From positions 26,914 through 90,913 of the forward strand of contig JAFZRY010000014.1 of NCBI GenBank assembly GCA_017619615.1: DNA of 64,000 bases. The letters run 5' to 3'. The notes beneath the pieces are model-generated. The model saw nothing but the letters and a program-made list of their open reading frames with translations, was not told where the DNA came from and ran no database searches. This DNA is from Lachnospiraceae bacterium. Lineage in GTDB: Bacteria > Bacillota > Clostridia > Lachnospirales > Lachnospiraceae. Positions 19,024 through 27,310 of the stretch are shown piece by piece. Each line of letters begins with the position of its first letter. Position 1 is the first letter of the stretch. Made by a program: the position numbers and the translations under genes.

Positions 19024-20105
19024 GCCTGTTCTCCTTTCAGCTGTGCGGCCGCAGCCTCTTCGATCTGGTCGCAGAGGAACGTCACCGCGTCGCTCTGATT
19101 GCTGCGGCGCATGGCGTCGCGGTATTTTTCGCGGTCCTCATACAGCTGCAGCAGTTCCTGCACCAGCCGCTCGGAGGTCAGTTCTCCCTGCTCGATCATC
19201 TTGGAAAAGCCCTGCTTTTCGAAGGAACGGGCGTTCAGGATCTGGTCGCCGCGCGAGGCGTCCAGCGGCAGCGGGACCAGCAGCGCGGGCTTCTGCAGGT
19301 ACAGCAGCTCGCAGATGGCGTTGGCGCCGGAGCGCGACAGGACGATGTCCGTCAGCGCGAAGAGGTCTTTCAGTTCCTTGCTGATGAATTCGTACTGCAC
19401 ATAGCCGGGGCAGTTCACGCTGTCGTCCCGCTTGCCCTTGCCGCACAGGTGGATCACGTCGAAATGGGGCAGGAGGGCGGGCAGGCTTTCACGCAGCAGG
19501 TCGTTGAGCGCGGAGGCGCCCAGGCTGCCGCCGATCTGGAGCAGCACCGGTTTTTCCCCGGACAGGCCCGTAAACGCCAGGGCGGCCTCGCGGCTCCCGC
19601 TGCCTAGCTCCTCGCGGATGGGGCAGCCGCTGACGAAGGATTTGCCGGCCGGCAGGGAGGCCAGCGTTTCGGGGAAATTGCAGAAGACGCGGGTGGCGTC
19701 CTTGAAGCAGAGCCGGTTGGCGAGGCCGGGCGTCATGTCGGATTCATGCAGGAATACCGGGATGCCCAGCTTCCGGGCGGCCTTGACCACGGGCAGCGAG
19801 ACGTAGCCGCCTTTGGCGAAGACCAGGGCGGGCTGCTCCTCCCGCAGGATCTTTTTGGCGTCGCCGATCCCTTTGACGACCCGGAACGGGTCCGTCAGGT
19901 TTTTCAGGCTCAGATACCGGCGCAGTTTGCCCGTCGCGATGCTGCGGTACGGCAGCCCGGCGTCCTCCACCACGGCCTTTTCCATGCCGTCGTGAGAACC
20001 GATATACAGCAGCTCCCAGCCGCGGCGCTCCAGCTCCGCCGCCAGCGCCAGATTGGGCGTCACGTGGCCGGCCGACCCGCCGCCCGTCAGAACGATCTTT
20101 TTCAT
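19020..20105 (-). CDS. murG: UDP-GlcNAc:undecaprenyl-PP-MurNAc-pentapeptide GlcNAc transferase
   Basis: MKKIVLTGGGSAGHVTPNLALAAEL G-loop and GT28 C-terminal domain; 361 aa. Confidence 0.92.
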   Translation of the reverse strand: MKKIVLTGGGSAGHVTPNLALAAELERRGWELLYIGSHDGMEKAVVEDAGLPYRSIATGKLRRYLSLKNLTDPFRVVKGIGDAKKILREEQPALVFAKGGYVSLPVVKAARKLGIPVFLHESDMTPGLANRLCFKDATRVFCNFPETLASLPAGKSFVSGCPIREELGSGSREAALAFTGLSGEKPVLLQIGGSLGASALNDLLRESLPALLPHFDVIHLCGKGKRDDSVNCPGYVQYEFISKELKDLFALTDIVLSRSGANAICELLYLQKPALLVPLPLDASRGDQILNARSFEKQGFSKMIEQGELTSERLVQELLQLYEDREKYRDAMRRSNQSDAVTFLCDQIEEAAAAQLKGEQA

Positions 20106-20215
20106 CCGGAAAATCTCCTTGGATCATAAATAATGGAATCAGGGCCGCCTTCCCGCAGCCGCCCCCATCATACCATAAACCCTCCGCCATTGCCACCGGA
20201 AAAAACAGGGCCGCC

Positions 20216-20238
20216 GGGGGACGGAAAGAACCGTCCCC
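20216..20238. repeat. Hairpin sharing the GGGGACGG…CCGTCCCC core of the dispersed repeat family
   Basis: GGGGGACGG-aaagaa-CCGTCCCC between divergent murG and the ComEC-like gene. A second GC hairpin follows at about 20250-20270. Confidence 0.45.
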
Positions 20239-20287
20239 GTGTCCCGTCCGGCCCGCAAAAGCGGGGGCCTCATTTTGCAGGTTCCTC

Positions 20288-20316
20288 TTGTTAGATAGCA
20301 AAAAAGTGTGTATAAT
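20288..20316 (+). promoter_or_regulatory. Putative promoter TTGTTA-N17-TATAAT (TGTG immediately 5' of the -10)
   Basis: Read directly, 42 nt upstream of the ComEC-like start. Confidence 0.55.
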
Positions 20317-20357
20317 AATAGCGGCTCCCGGTCCCCCGGGAAAAAGGAATTCGAAGA

Positions 20358-21335
20358 ATGGAATATGAGAAAATGGAGGCCGGCCTGCTGCGCGAAAAGC
20401 GGAAGAAGAACGCGCGCGGCAGGAAAAAGCGGCGGGCGGGATGGCTGTGCGTCATCGCGCTGGCGCTGCTGGCCGGCGCGGTCTGGGCCTTTTTGTGGGG
20501 GCCTCTGCGGCCCGGCGCCGGCAAACCGGACGCGCCGGCGGCAGACTATGCGGAAGAGCCGCTCCCGGGTGAAACGGCGCGCCTGACCCTGATCGACGTG
20601 GGCCAGGGCCTGGGCCTCCTGGCGGAATCCGGGGGAGAGGCGATGCTGATCGACGGCGGCGGGGGAAAAGCGTCGTCCAAAACCGTGGCCCTGCTGAAAG
20701 CGCGGGGCGTCACCCGCCTGAAATACCTCGTGATCACGCACTATGACGAGGACCACATGGGCGGCGCCGTCGGCGCGCTGGCCGCCATCGGCGCGGATAC
20801 AGTCCTCGGCCCGGACTATGAAGACGACAGCCGCACTTACCGCTCGCTCCTGCAGCGCGTGCAGAACGCGGGCCTGACCGTGCTCCACCCGGAACCCGGC
20901 GCGGAATTTCCGCTGGGCGCCCTCCGGATCACCGTGCTGGGCCCCCTGACCGGCCCGCACCCCATTGAAAATGACGATTCCCTGGTGCTGCGCCTCACGG
21001 ACGGGACGAACTCCCTCCTCGTGACCGGCGACGCGGAGACCGCTGCGGAAGCGGAACTGGCCGCCCGCTGGAGCAGCGCCCTGCAAAGCGATATTTACGT
21101 GATAGGGCATCACGGAAGCTACACTTCTTCCACGGATGTCCTCTTAACGGCGGTCCGTCCCCGCCACCTGCTCCTCAGCTGCGGCGCGGACAACGAATAC
21201 GGCCATCCCCACGCCGCCGCCATGGACCGCCTGAAAAAGACCGGCGCCGACCTGCGGCGCACCGACCGCCAGGGCGACATCCGCCTGATTTTTACGGAGA
21301 GCGGCATCGTATGGGAAAAACCGCCCGCGGAATGA
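20358..21335 (+). CDS. ComEC/Rec2-related MBL-fold hydrolase with N-terminal membrane anchor
   Basis: LIDVGQG, THYDEDHMGG and GHHGS metallo-beta-lactamase motifs; basic N-terminus plus one TM helix. Confidence 0.8.
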   Translation: MEYEKMEAGLLREKRKKNARGRKKRRAGWLCVIALALLAGAVWAFLWGPLRPGAGKPDAPAADYAEEPLPGETARLTLIDVGQGLGLLAESGGEAMLIDGGGGKASSKTVALLKARGVTRLKYLVITHYDEDHMGGAVGALAAIGADTVLGPDYEDDSRTYRSLLQRVQNAGLTVLHPEPGAEFPLGALRITVLGPLTGPHPIENDDSLVLRLTDGTNSLLVTGDAETAAEAELAARWSSALQSDIYVIGHHGSYTSSTDVLLTAVRPRHLLLSCGADNEYGHPHAAAMDRLKKTGADLRRTDRQGDIRLIFTESGIVWEKPPAE

Positions 21336-21354
21336 AACGGGAGAGCAAGCGAAA

Positions 21355-21701
21355 ATGAGACTGCAACTGAACCTGAATCAGTACTATGAAGGCCTGGACC
21401 GGATGCAGGTCAACACCCTTTTTCCCCTGTTCGTAAATGCCCAATACCCCCTGAAAAGCGTAGAGTGGATGCTGAAGAAGCAGAAAGAGGAAAATACAGA
21501 ACTGGATGACATCTATCGGACGTATTTTCCGTTGTCAAAGAGAGAGGCCGGGCCGTATTGGCGGGAATCAACGAATATATGTGGTCGCTCGGCCGGGAAG
21601 AGATCTTCCCCGGCATAGGGGAGGCGGACTATGAAGAAATCGATTTTGAGCCGCTGATCGAAAAATACCGTTACCTGATGAGCGAGCCCGATCCGCAATA
21701 A
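21355..21701 (+). pseudogene. Small (~115 aa) uncharacterised gene split over two frames (frameshift or assembly error)
   Basis: Frame 1 ORF 21355-21618. A second frame is open 21510-21698 and encodes protein-like VVKERGRAVLAGINEYMWSLGREEIFPGIGEADYEEIDFEPLIEKYRYLMSEPDPQ. Plausible switch point is the T4 run at 21525-21528. Confidence 0.45.
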
Positions 21702-21746
21702 CAGAACTTACCGTACCAAAACGAAGCAGATACAAGGAGACAAATT

Positions 21747-23069
21747 ATGCTGAAACTCGACACAAGCAAAGCAAGACCGTTTTTACAGTCGGACTGGAAC
21801 GAACTCATGAGCGAAGCCGCCGTAGCGGAAGGGCTCCTGAAAGGGAAGATGGGCCCGGGCAACGATTTCCTCGGCTGGCTGGACTTACCCGAGGACTTTG
21901 ATAAAGAGGAATACGCGCGCATCAAGGCCGCCGTCGAGCGGATCAAGGCGGATTCCGAAGTGCTGGTCGTGATCGGCATCGGCGGGTCCTATCTGGGCGC
22001 GCGGGCCGTCATCGAGGCCCTGCGGCCGGTCGTGGGCGTGCCGTTCGACGGGTTCCCGGAGATCTATTTCGCCGGCAACCAGATCAGCGCGACCTACATG
22101 CGGGCCCTGCAGAAAGCCCTGCGCGGCCGCCGTTTCTCGATCAACGTGATCTCCAAATCCGGCACCACCACGGAGCCGGCCATCGCGTTCCGCCTGCTGA
22201 AGCGCCAGCTGGAGGAGCAGGTGGGCAAGGAAGAGGCCGCCCGCCGCATCTATGCCACCACGGACAGGAGCCGCGGCGCGCTGAAGAAACTGGCGGAGCA
22301 GGAGGGCTATGAATGCTTCGTGGTCCCGGACGACGTCGGCGGCCGCTACAGCGTGCTGACCGCCGTGGGCCTGCTGCCCATCGCGGCGGCGGGCATCGAC
22401 ACGGACGCCCTCATCAAAGGCGCCCAGGACATGCGGCGCCATCTGCTGGCGGCCCCGGGCAAAAACCCGGCCGTCGAATACGCCGCCCTGCGCAACGGCC
22501 TGCTGCGCCAGGGCAAGACCGTGGAGATCCTGGCCAATTACGAACCCGGCCTGCACTACGTGAGCGAATGGTGGAAGCAGCTGTACGGCGAAAGCGAAGG
22601 CAAGGACGGCAAGGGCATCTTCCCGGCTTCCGTGGACCTGACCACGGACCTGCACTCGATGGGCCAGTTCATCCAGGACGGCAACCGCATCCTGATGGAG
22701 ACCGTCATCATGGCGGAAAAATCCTCCCTGCCCGTCCTGCTGGAAGGCGAGGAAGAGGACCTGGACGGCCTGAACTACCTGGCCGGCCGGACCATGGATT
22801 TCGTGAACGAGAGCGCCATGAAGGGCACCATGCTGGCCCACGTGGACGGCGGCGTGCCGGTGACCCGCATCTGCCTGGACGAGATCGACGACTACAGCCT
22901 GGGCGAGCTGCTTTACTTCTTTGAATACGCCTGCGGCGTCAGCGGCTATATCCTGGGCGTCAACCCCTTCAACCAGCCCGGCGTCGAAAGCTACAAGAAA
23001 AACATGTTCGCCCTCCTGGGCAAGCCCGGCTATGAAGCGGCCGGCGAGGAACTGAGAAAGAGGCTGTAA
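21747..23069 (+). CDS. pgi: Glucose-6-phosphate isomerase (short Gram-positive type)
   Basis: [10 protein letters not shown] and GGRYSVL signatures; 440 aa. Confidence 0.93.
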   Translation: MLKLDTSKARPFLQSDWNELMSEAAVAEGLLKGKMGPGNDFLGWLDLPEDFDKEEYARIKAAVERIKADSEVLVVIGIGGSYLGARAVIEALRPVVGVPFDGFPEIYFAGNQISATYMRALQKALRGRRFSINVISKSGTTTEPAIAFRLLKRQLEEQVGKEEAARRIYATTDRSRGALKKLAEQEGYECFVVPDDVGGRYSVLTAVGLLPIAAAGIDTDALIKGAQDMRRHLLAAPGKNPAVEYAALRNGLLRQGKTVEILANYEPGLHYVSEWWKQLYGESEGKDGKGIFPASVDLTTDLHSMGQFIQDGNRILMETVIMAEKSSLPVLLEGEEEDLDGLNYLAGRTMDFVNESAMKGTMLAHVDGGVPVTRICLDEIDDYSLGELLYFFEYACGVSGYILGVNPFNQPGVESYKKNMFALLGKPGYEAAGEELRKRL

Positions 23070-23072
23070 ACG

Positions 23073-24494
23073 ATGGATCTGAAGCTGAACTACAAACGCA
23101 CCGCCCAGATCGGCTTTGCCTTCTTCGGCATCCTGCTGCTGTGGCAGGTCTACGATTCCTGGTGTCCCACTTTCCTGACGGATATCTTCGCGCGCCGCAT
23201 GTACGGCCTGTCCTCCGCGCAGCTCAAGGCCGGCGACCCGGACAAGATCCTGAACGTCCAGTGGCTGGTCGGCATCATCATGGCCTGCGACAACCTGGCG
23301 GCCCTGATCCTGCTGCCCATCTTCGGGCGGCTCTCGGACCGGACGAAGACCCCCATCGGCAAGCGCATGCCTTTCATTCTGGTGGGCACGCTGGTCTCCG
23401 CGGTGGCTTTCCCGTTCATCCCGCTGTTCTTCCATAAGAACAACATCGCGGGCATGGTCATCATGATGGGCGTTGTGCTGCTGTTCATGATGATGTACCG
23501 CAATCCCGCGGTCGCCCTGATGCCGGACATCACGCCGAAGCCGCTGCGCGCCAAGGCCAACGGCGTCATCAATATCATGGGCTACTTCGGCGGCGCGTTC
23601 GCGACCGTGCTGGGCATCTTCCTGAAGCTGTCCGATTACATCAACGTGGCGGACGAGGCGCGGAAACTGTGGATCATCGAAATCCCGTTCATCGTGGCGT
23701 CCCTGCTGATGGTCATCTCCGCGCTGGTGCTGTTCGCGACCGTCAAGGAAAATAAGCTCGCGGTGGAGATGAAGGAGCAGATGGAAGAGGGCGAGCGGCA
23801 GGCCGCCATCGCCACGCCCGTGGACGACACCAAACCGATGTCCCGGGAAAACAAGCAGATGCTGCTGGCCATCCTCGGCGCGGAGTTCCTGTGGTTCATG
23901 GCGGACAACGCCCTGGGCACCTACATGGGCAACTACGTGATCTATTACCTCAACTCCGTCTCCAGCGCCACCATGATCCTGACGATCCTGGGCGGCGTGG
24001 CGTCGGTCGCCGGCTTTGCCATCGCGGGCTTCATTGCCGATAAGATCGGCCGGAAATGGACCATTTCCAGCGGCCTGGCGCTGACCGCCCTGGGCCTGCT
24101 CATCATGTGCTTCGTGACGCCGACGGGCCGCGTGACCGGCGCCAACGGCGAATTCGCGTTCCCGGTGCTGCTCTACCTGGTCGGCGTGATCCGCGGCTTC
24201 GGCATGGCACTGGTGCATAACTGCTCGTTCCCGATGGTCGTGGAGCTCTGCTCGTCCAACCAGATCGGCCGTTTCACCGGCTATTACTACACCGCCAGCA
24301 TGTCCGCGCAGACCGTGACGCCCGTACTGCTGGGCCTGGTTTTAAACGCCAGCCTGGCCTGGAACACGCTGCCGGTCTACTGCATGATCCTGATCGTCCT
24401 GAGCTTTACGGTCTTCACACTGCTCGTCAAGAACATCAAGGCGAAAAAAGTGTCCAACGCCCACGGTCTGGAAGCGCTGGGCGAGGAGGATTAA
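23073..24494 (+). CDS. MFS transporter (GPH/SLC45-like sugar:cation symporter)
   Basis: 12 TM helices, GRLSDRT loop motif between TM2 and TM3. Starts 3 nt after pgi. Confidence 0.75.
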   Translation: MDLKLNYKRTAQIGFAFFGILLLWQVYDSWCPTFLTDIFARRMYGLSSAQLKAGDPDKILNVQWLVGIIMACDNLAALILLPIFGRLSDRTKTPIGKRMPFILVGTLVSAVAFPFIPLFFHKNNIAGMVIMMGVVLLFMMMYRNPAVALMPDITPKPLRAKANGVINIMGYFGGAFATVLGIFLKLSDYINVADEARKLWIIEIPFIVASLLMVISALVLFATVKENKLAVEMKEQMEEGERQAAIATPVDDTKPMSRENKQMLLAILGAEFLWFMADNALGTYMGNYVIYYLNSVSSATMILTILGGVASVAGFAIAGFIADKIGRKWTISSGLALTALGLLIMCFVTPTGRVTGANGEFAFPVLLYLVGVIRGFGMALVHNCSFPMVVELCSSNQIGRFTGYYYTASMSAQTVTPVLLGLVLNASLAWNTLPVYCMILIVLSFTVFTLLVKNIKAKKVSNAHGLEALGEED

Positions 24495-24497
24495 GCG

Positions 24498-25250
24498 GTG
24501 ATCGCCAATTATCACACGCATACCGCCCGCTGCGGCCACGCCCGGGGAGAAGACCGGGAATACGTCGAGCGGGCGGTGGCGCGCGGCCTGGAGACGCTGG
24601 GCTTCTCCGATCACGTGCCGCTGCCGTTTGCGGACGGCCACGAATCGCGCTTCCGCGTCCCGCTGGCGCGGCTGGATGACTATGTGGAAAGCGTCCTGCG
24701 GCTGCAGGAGGTGTTTCGGGACCGGATCCGCATCCTGCTGGGTTTTGAAGTCGAATACTACCCGGACTATTTCGACAAGGTCCTGGACCTGATCCGCCCC
24801 TACCCCGTGGATTACCTGATCATGGGCCAGCATTTCAACGACAGCGCCGAGCGCCACTACAACGCCCGGCCGTTCGAAGATGAATCGCTCCTGCGCGAGT
24901 ACGTGGACCGCGTTCTGGAGGGCCTTGCCACGGACCGATTCATCTATCTGGCCCACCCGGACCTGCCTTACTTCACCGGCGGCCGCGCTTTCTACCGCCG
25001 CGAAATGCGCCGCCTCTGCGAAGGCGTGAAAGCCCTGGACCTCCCCCTGGAGATCAACATGCTCGGCATCCGCGAAGGCCGGAATTACCCCGACCCGGAT
25101 TTCTGGGAAATCGCCGCGTCCGTCGGCAACCGCGTCCTCCTCGGCTGCGATGCCCACAGCCCGGACGTTGTGGCGGACCCGGACGAACTGCAGGCCGCCA
25201 CGGCTTTCGCCGCGCAGTTCGGACTGACGTTGGAGGACCGGATCTTCTGA
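24498..25250 (+). CDS. PHP-domain phosphatase (HisJ-family histidinol-phosphatase-like)
   Basis: MIANYHTHTARCGHA N-terminal PHP motif. GTG start with GAGGAGG RBS. Confidence 0.8.
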   Translation: MIANYHTHTARCGHARGEDREYVERAVARGLETLGFSDHVPLPFADGHESRFRVPLARLDDYVESVLRLQEVFRDRIRILLGFEVEYYPDYFDKVLDLIRPYPVDYLIMGQHFNDSAERHYNARPFEDESLLREYVDRVLEGLATDRFIYLAHPDLPYFTGGRAFYRREMRRLCEGVKALDLPLEINMLGIREGRNYPDPDFWEIAASVGNRVLLGCDAHSPDVVADPDELQAATAFAAQFGLTLEDRIF

Positions 25251-25283
25251 GAATATCGGGCCGTTGAAACAACGGCCCCTACG

Positions 25284-25308
25284 TGACAAAGGGACGGTTC
25301 TTTTGTCA
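25284..25308. repeat. Copy (inverted orientation) of the dispersed palindromic repeat
   Basis: TGACAAAGGGACGGTTCTTTTGTCA. Its reverse complement closely matches the 38251/38283 units (aligned by eye). Confidence 0.6.
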
Positions 25309-25342
25309 TCTTTTCCGACAAAACCGTTTTTCTGCTGAAACA

Positions 25343-25377
25343 GGACCTGACAAAGCACGCGTTTCTTTGTCAGGTCC
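25343..25377. repeat. 13-bp-stem palindrome of the same TGACAAAG…CTTTGTCA type
   Basis: GGACCTGACAAAG-cacgcgttt-CTTTGTCAGGTCC, perfect arms, between convergent genes. Confidence 0.6.
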
Positions 25378-25402
25378 TTCTTTGATTCCTGCTCAGCGCA
25401 TC

Positions 25403-25975
25403 TTACGCTTTGCTGTTATTGATTTCAATCACCCCATCCAGATTGTCCAGGATGAACTGCTGCGCCTCCCGGTCATACACGGTCACCTGGTAGATCCCGC
25501 GCATTCCGGACCGCTCCTCCGTAGTGATCCCGATGGCGCGCCCGCGCTCCGTCGGCGTTTTGGACCGGCCCCCGTCCGCCCGGACCGTCTCCTCCAGATA
25601 CCCGTGCCGTATCAGGAACGCGGTCAGGCTCGCGTATTTCAGCCCGGCCATGGTTTCCGTATCCACCAGGTCGTTGTTCCGCTTGGCCATCTCACTGATC
25701 GTGATCGGCGCCTTGGAAAACGCGAATCCGTCCAGCGCTTCCTGCGTGATCTCAAACGGCCTCTTTTTCGGCTTCACGCCTCTCCCGGCCTTCACCGCGC
25801 CTCCCGCTGCGATCACCTTATCCAGTACCCCGCACACGTAAAACAGGCACCTTGACACCTCCACCTTGTTGATGCAGTCCGCCTCCCCGGCCGCCTCCTC
25901 CGTGACCGGGTCGAACCCCCTCGCCATCCGCTCCGTCCAGAGCCTGGCCTTCTCCAGCATTTCCATTTCGTTCAT
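25403..25975 (-). CDS. Hypothetical protein (190 aa), no family recognised
   Basis: Start at MNEMEML with AAGGAGG RBS. Protein-like composition; central basic stretch KAGRGVKPKKRPFEIT. Confidence 0.6.
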   Translation of the reverse strand: MNEMEMLEKARLWTERMARGFDPVTEEAAGEADCINKVEVSRCLFYVCGVLDKVIAAGGAVKAGRGVKPKKRPFEITQEALDGFAFSKAPITISEMAKRNNDLVDTETMAGLKYASLTAFLIRHGYLEETVRADGGRSKTPTERGRAIGITTEERSGMRGIYQVTVYDREAQQFILDNLDGVIEINNSKA

Positions 25976-26173
25976 AAAAAACCTCCTTGATATGATATGG
26001 TTCGGCAAAGTACGCGTCCTCTGCCTGATTTGATTTCGTGGGATGATAAGTCCGCCGGAGGGCGGCGCAGAAAAAAAGATTCCGGAAACAGACTTCTGCC
26101 TGCCGGATCAGGGCACGAAAAAACAGAAGTCGTAATAAACAGAAATAATTACGGAATACTGATCGAACCGATC

Positions 26174-26204
26174 AAAAAGATATCCGGGACAGAAACGTCC
26201 CGGA
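26174..26204 (-). terminator. Intrinsic terminator of the HutD-like gene
   Basis: TCCGGGAC/GTCCCGGA stem followed on the minus strand by TATCTTTTT. Confidence 0.6.
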
Positions 26205-26264
26205 CACTATCATAAACCAAACAAATGAAAAGCGCAAGCAGAATGATAGAAAACGCGGCGCCGC

Positions 26265-27110
26265 TCAAATCTCCCCGGCCTGGGCGATGAGGAGGCGGGC
26301 GGGGGCGGGAGTGCAGGCGGAGAGGGCGAGGGTGCGGATGTTTTCGGCGATGAGGCATTCACCGGCGGGGAGGCGGATCTCGGACCAGGGGGTGAGGATG
26401 CGGCAGTCGGTGTCGGGGCACCAGAGGAGGAGGTCGCGGATGCCGGGGAGGAGGGGCAGAGGGAGGAAGTCCGCGGTCAGGGCGGCGGCGTCCATGCGGC
26501 CGAAGGCATGGCCTTTGCGGAGCATGAGGTTGAAGTCCGTGCAGACGCCTTCGGACCGGGTGGAGTCGGCGCCGTCGAAGGCCAGGACGTTGTACGGGCG
26601 GAGCAGGACCGGACCGCCGCCGCCGTTCTTGCCGCTGCCGGCACCGCCGCGGGTCAGGGTCATGGAGCCGGCCACCGGCGTAATGAAGCGGTTATAGTCC
26701 GGCAGGGCGGTGAAGTTGGATTCCTTATCCTCCACCACCGCGGAGCTGACTCGCCAGAGAAAATCCCGCTTGGCATAGTCCGCATAACGCGGGAAGATCA
26801 GAAACTGCGTAGTGGTGCCGCCGGACCAGCGCGTGGTGACGAAATCGTCCCGGCAGGCGAAATGCAGCCAGAGCCCGAACTCCGGGCTGTCGTCCTCCAG
26901 CATTTCGATCCGTTCGATCTCGTCCTCCCAGATCAGCCAGCTGTCGTCCTCCAGCTCGTCGCTCACGCCGAAGCGCAGGGCCTCCAATTCTTCGCCGTAT
27001 TCGTGAAGACAGTACTCCGGGCCGTCGTACAGTGCTTCGCCCTCAAAAATCTCCCCGGACTTCAGGATCGCCCGGATCTTCTTTTCATCATAGTCAGATA
27101 ACTGCAGCAT
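26265..27110 (-). CDS. HutD/Ves-family protein with an acidic ~95-aa N-terminal extension
   Basis: TRWSGGTTTQFLIFP…DFLWRVSSA…DFNLML matches the Ves/HutD pattern (WxNxxGxTxEI…DFxWRxSxA…DFNxM). Start at MLQLSD with GGGAG RBS. Confidence 0.7.
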   Translation of the reverse strand: MLQLSDYDEKKIRAILKSGEIFEGEALYDGPEYCLHEYGEELEALRFGVSDELEDDSWLIWEDEIERIEMLEDDSPEFGLWLHFACRDDFVTTRWSGGTTTQFLIFPRYADYAKRDFLWRVSSAVVEDKESNFTALPDYNRFITPVAGSMTLTRGGAGSGKNGGGGPVLLRPYNVLAFDGADSTRSEGVCTDFNLMLRKGHAFGRMDAAALTADFLPLPLLPGIRDLLLWCPDTDCRILTPWSEIRLPAGECLIAENIRTLALSACTPAPARLLIAQAGEI

Positions 27111-27237
27111 GGCACACACTCCCGAACAGTATTTTCGGCGGATTATCGCAAAACCAATCATACCACAGTCTGCCTCCGGAATAAAGCCAAAGTGCAAATT
27201 ACGGCCTTGCCAAAGAGGGCCGCCGGAGATTTTCTCC

Positions 27238-27266
27238 TGTACAAATGCAGAAAAATATATGATAAT
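27238..27266 (+). promoter_or_regulatory. Putative promoter TGTACA-N17-GATAAT
   Basis: Read directly in the AT-rich divergent region, 45 nt upstream of the large lipoprotein gene. Confidence 0.35.
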
Positions 27267-27310
27267 GGATACTGTAGAATAACCGTCTGATTTCGAAAGG
27301 GGCTTCTGAT

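Noticed and set aside
25997-26358. Short ORFs in the AT-rich spacer (25997-26215 plus strand, 26149-26358 minus strand)
   Set aside because: No RBS, low-complexity Arg/Pro-rich translation, and overlap with terminator and promoter elements of the flanking genes.
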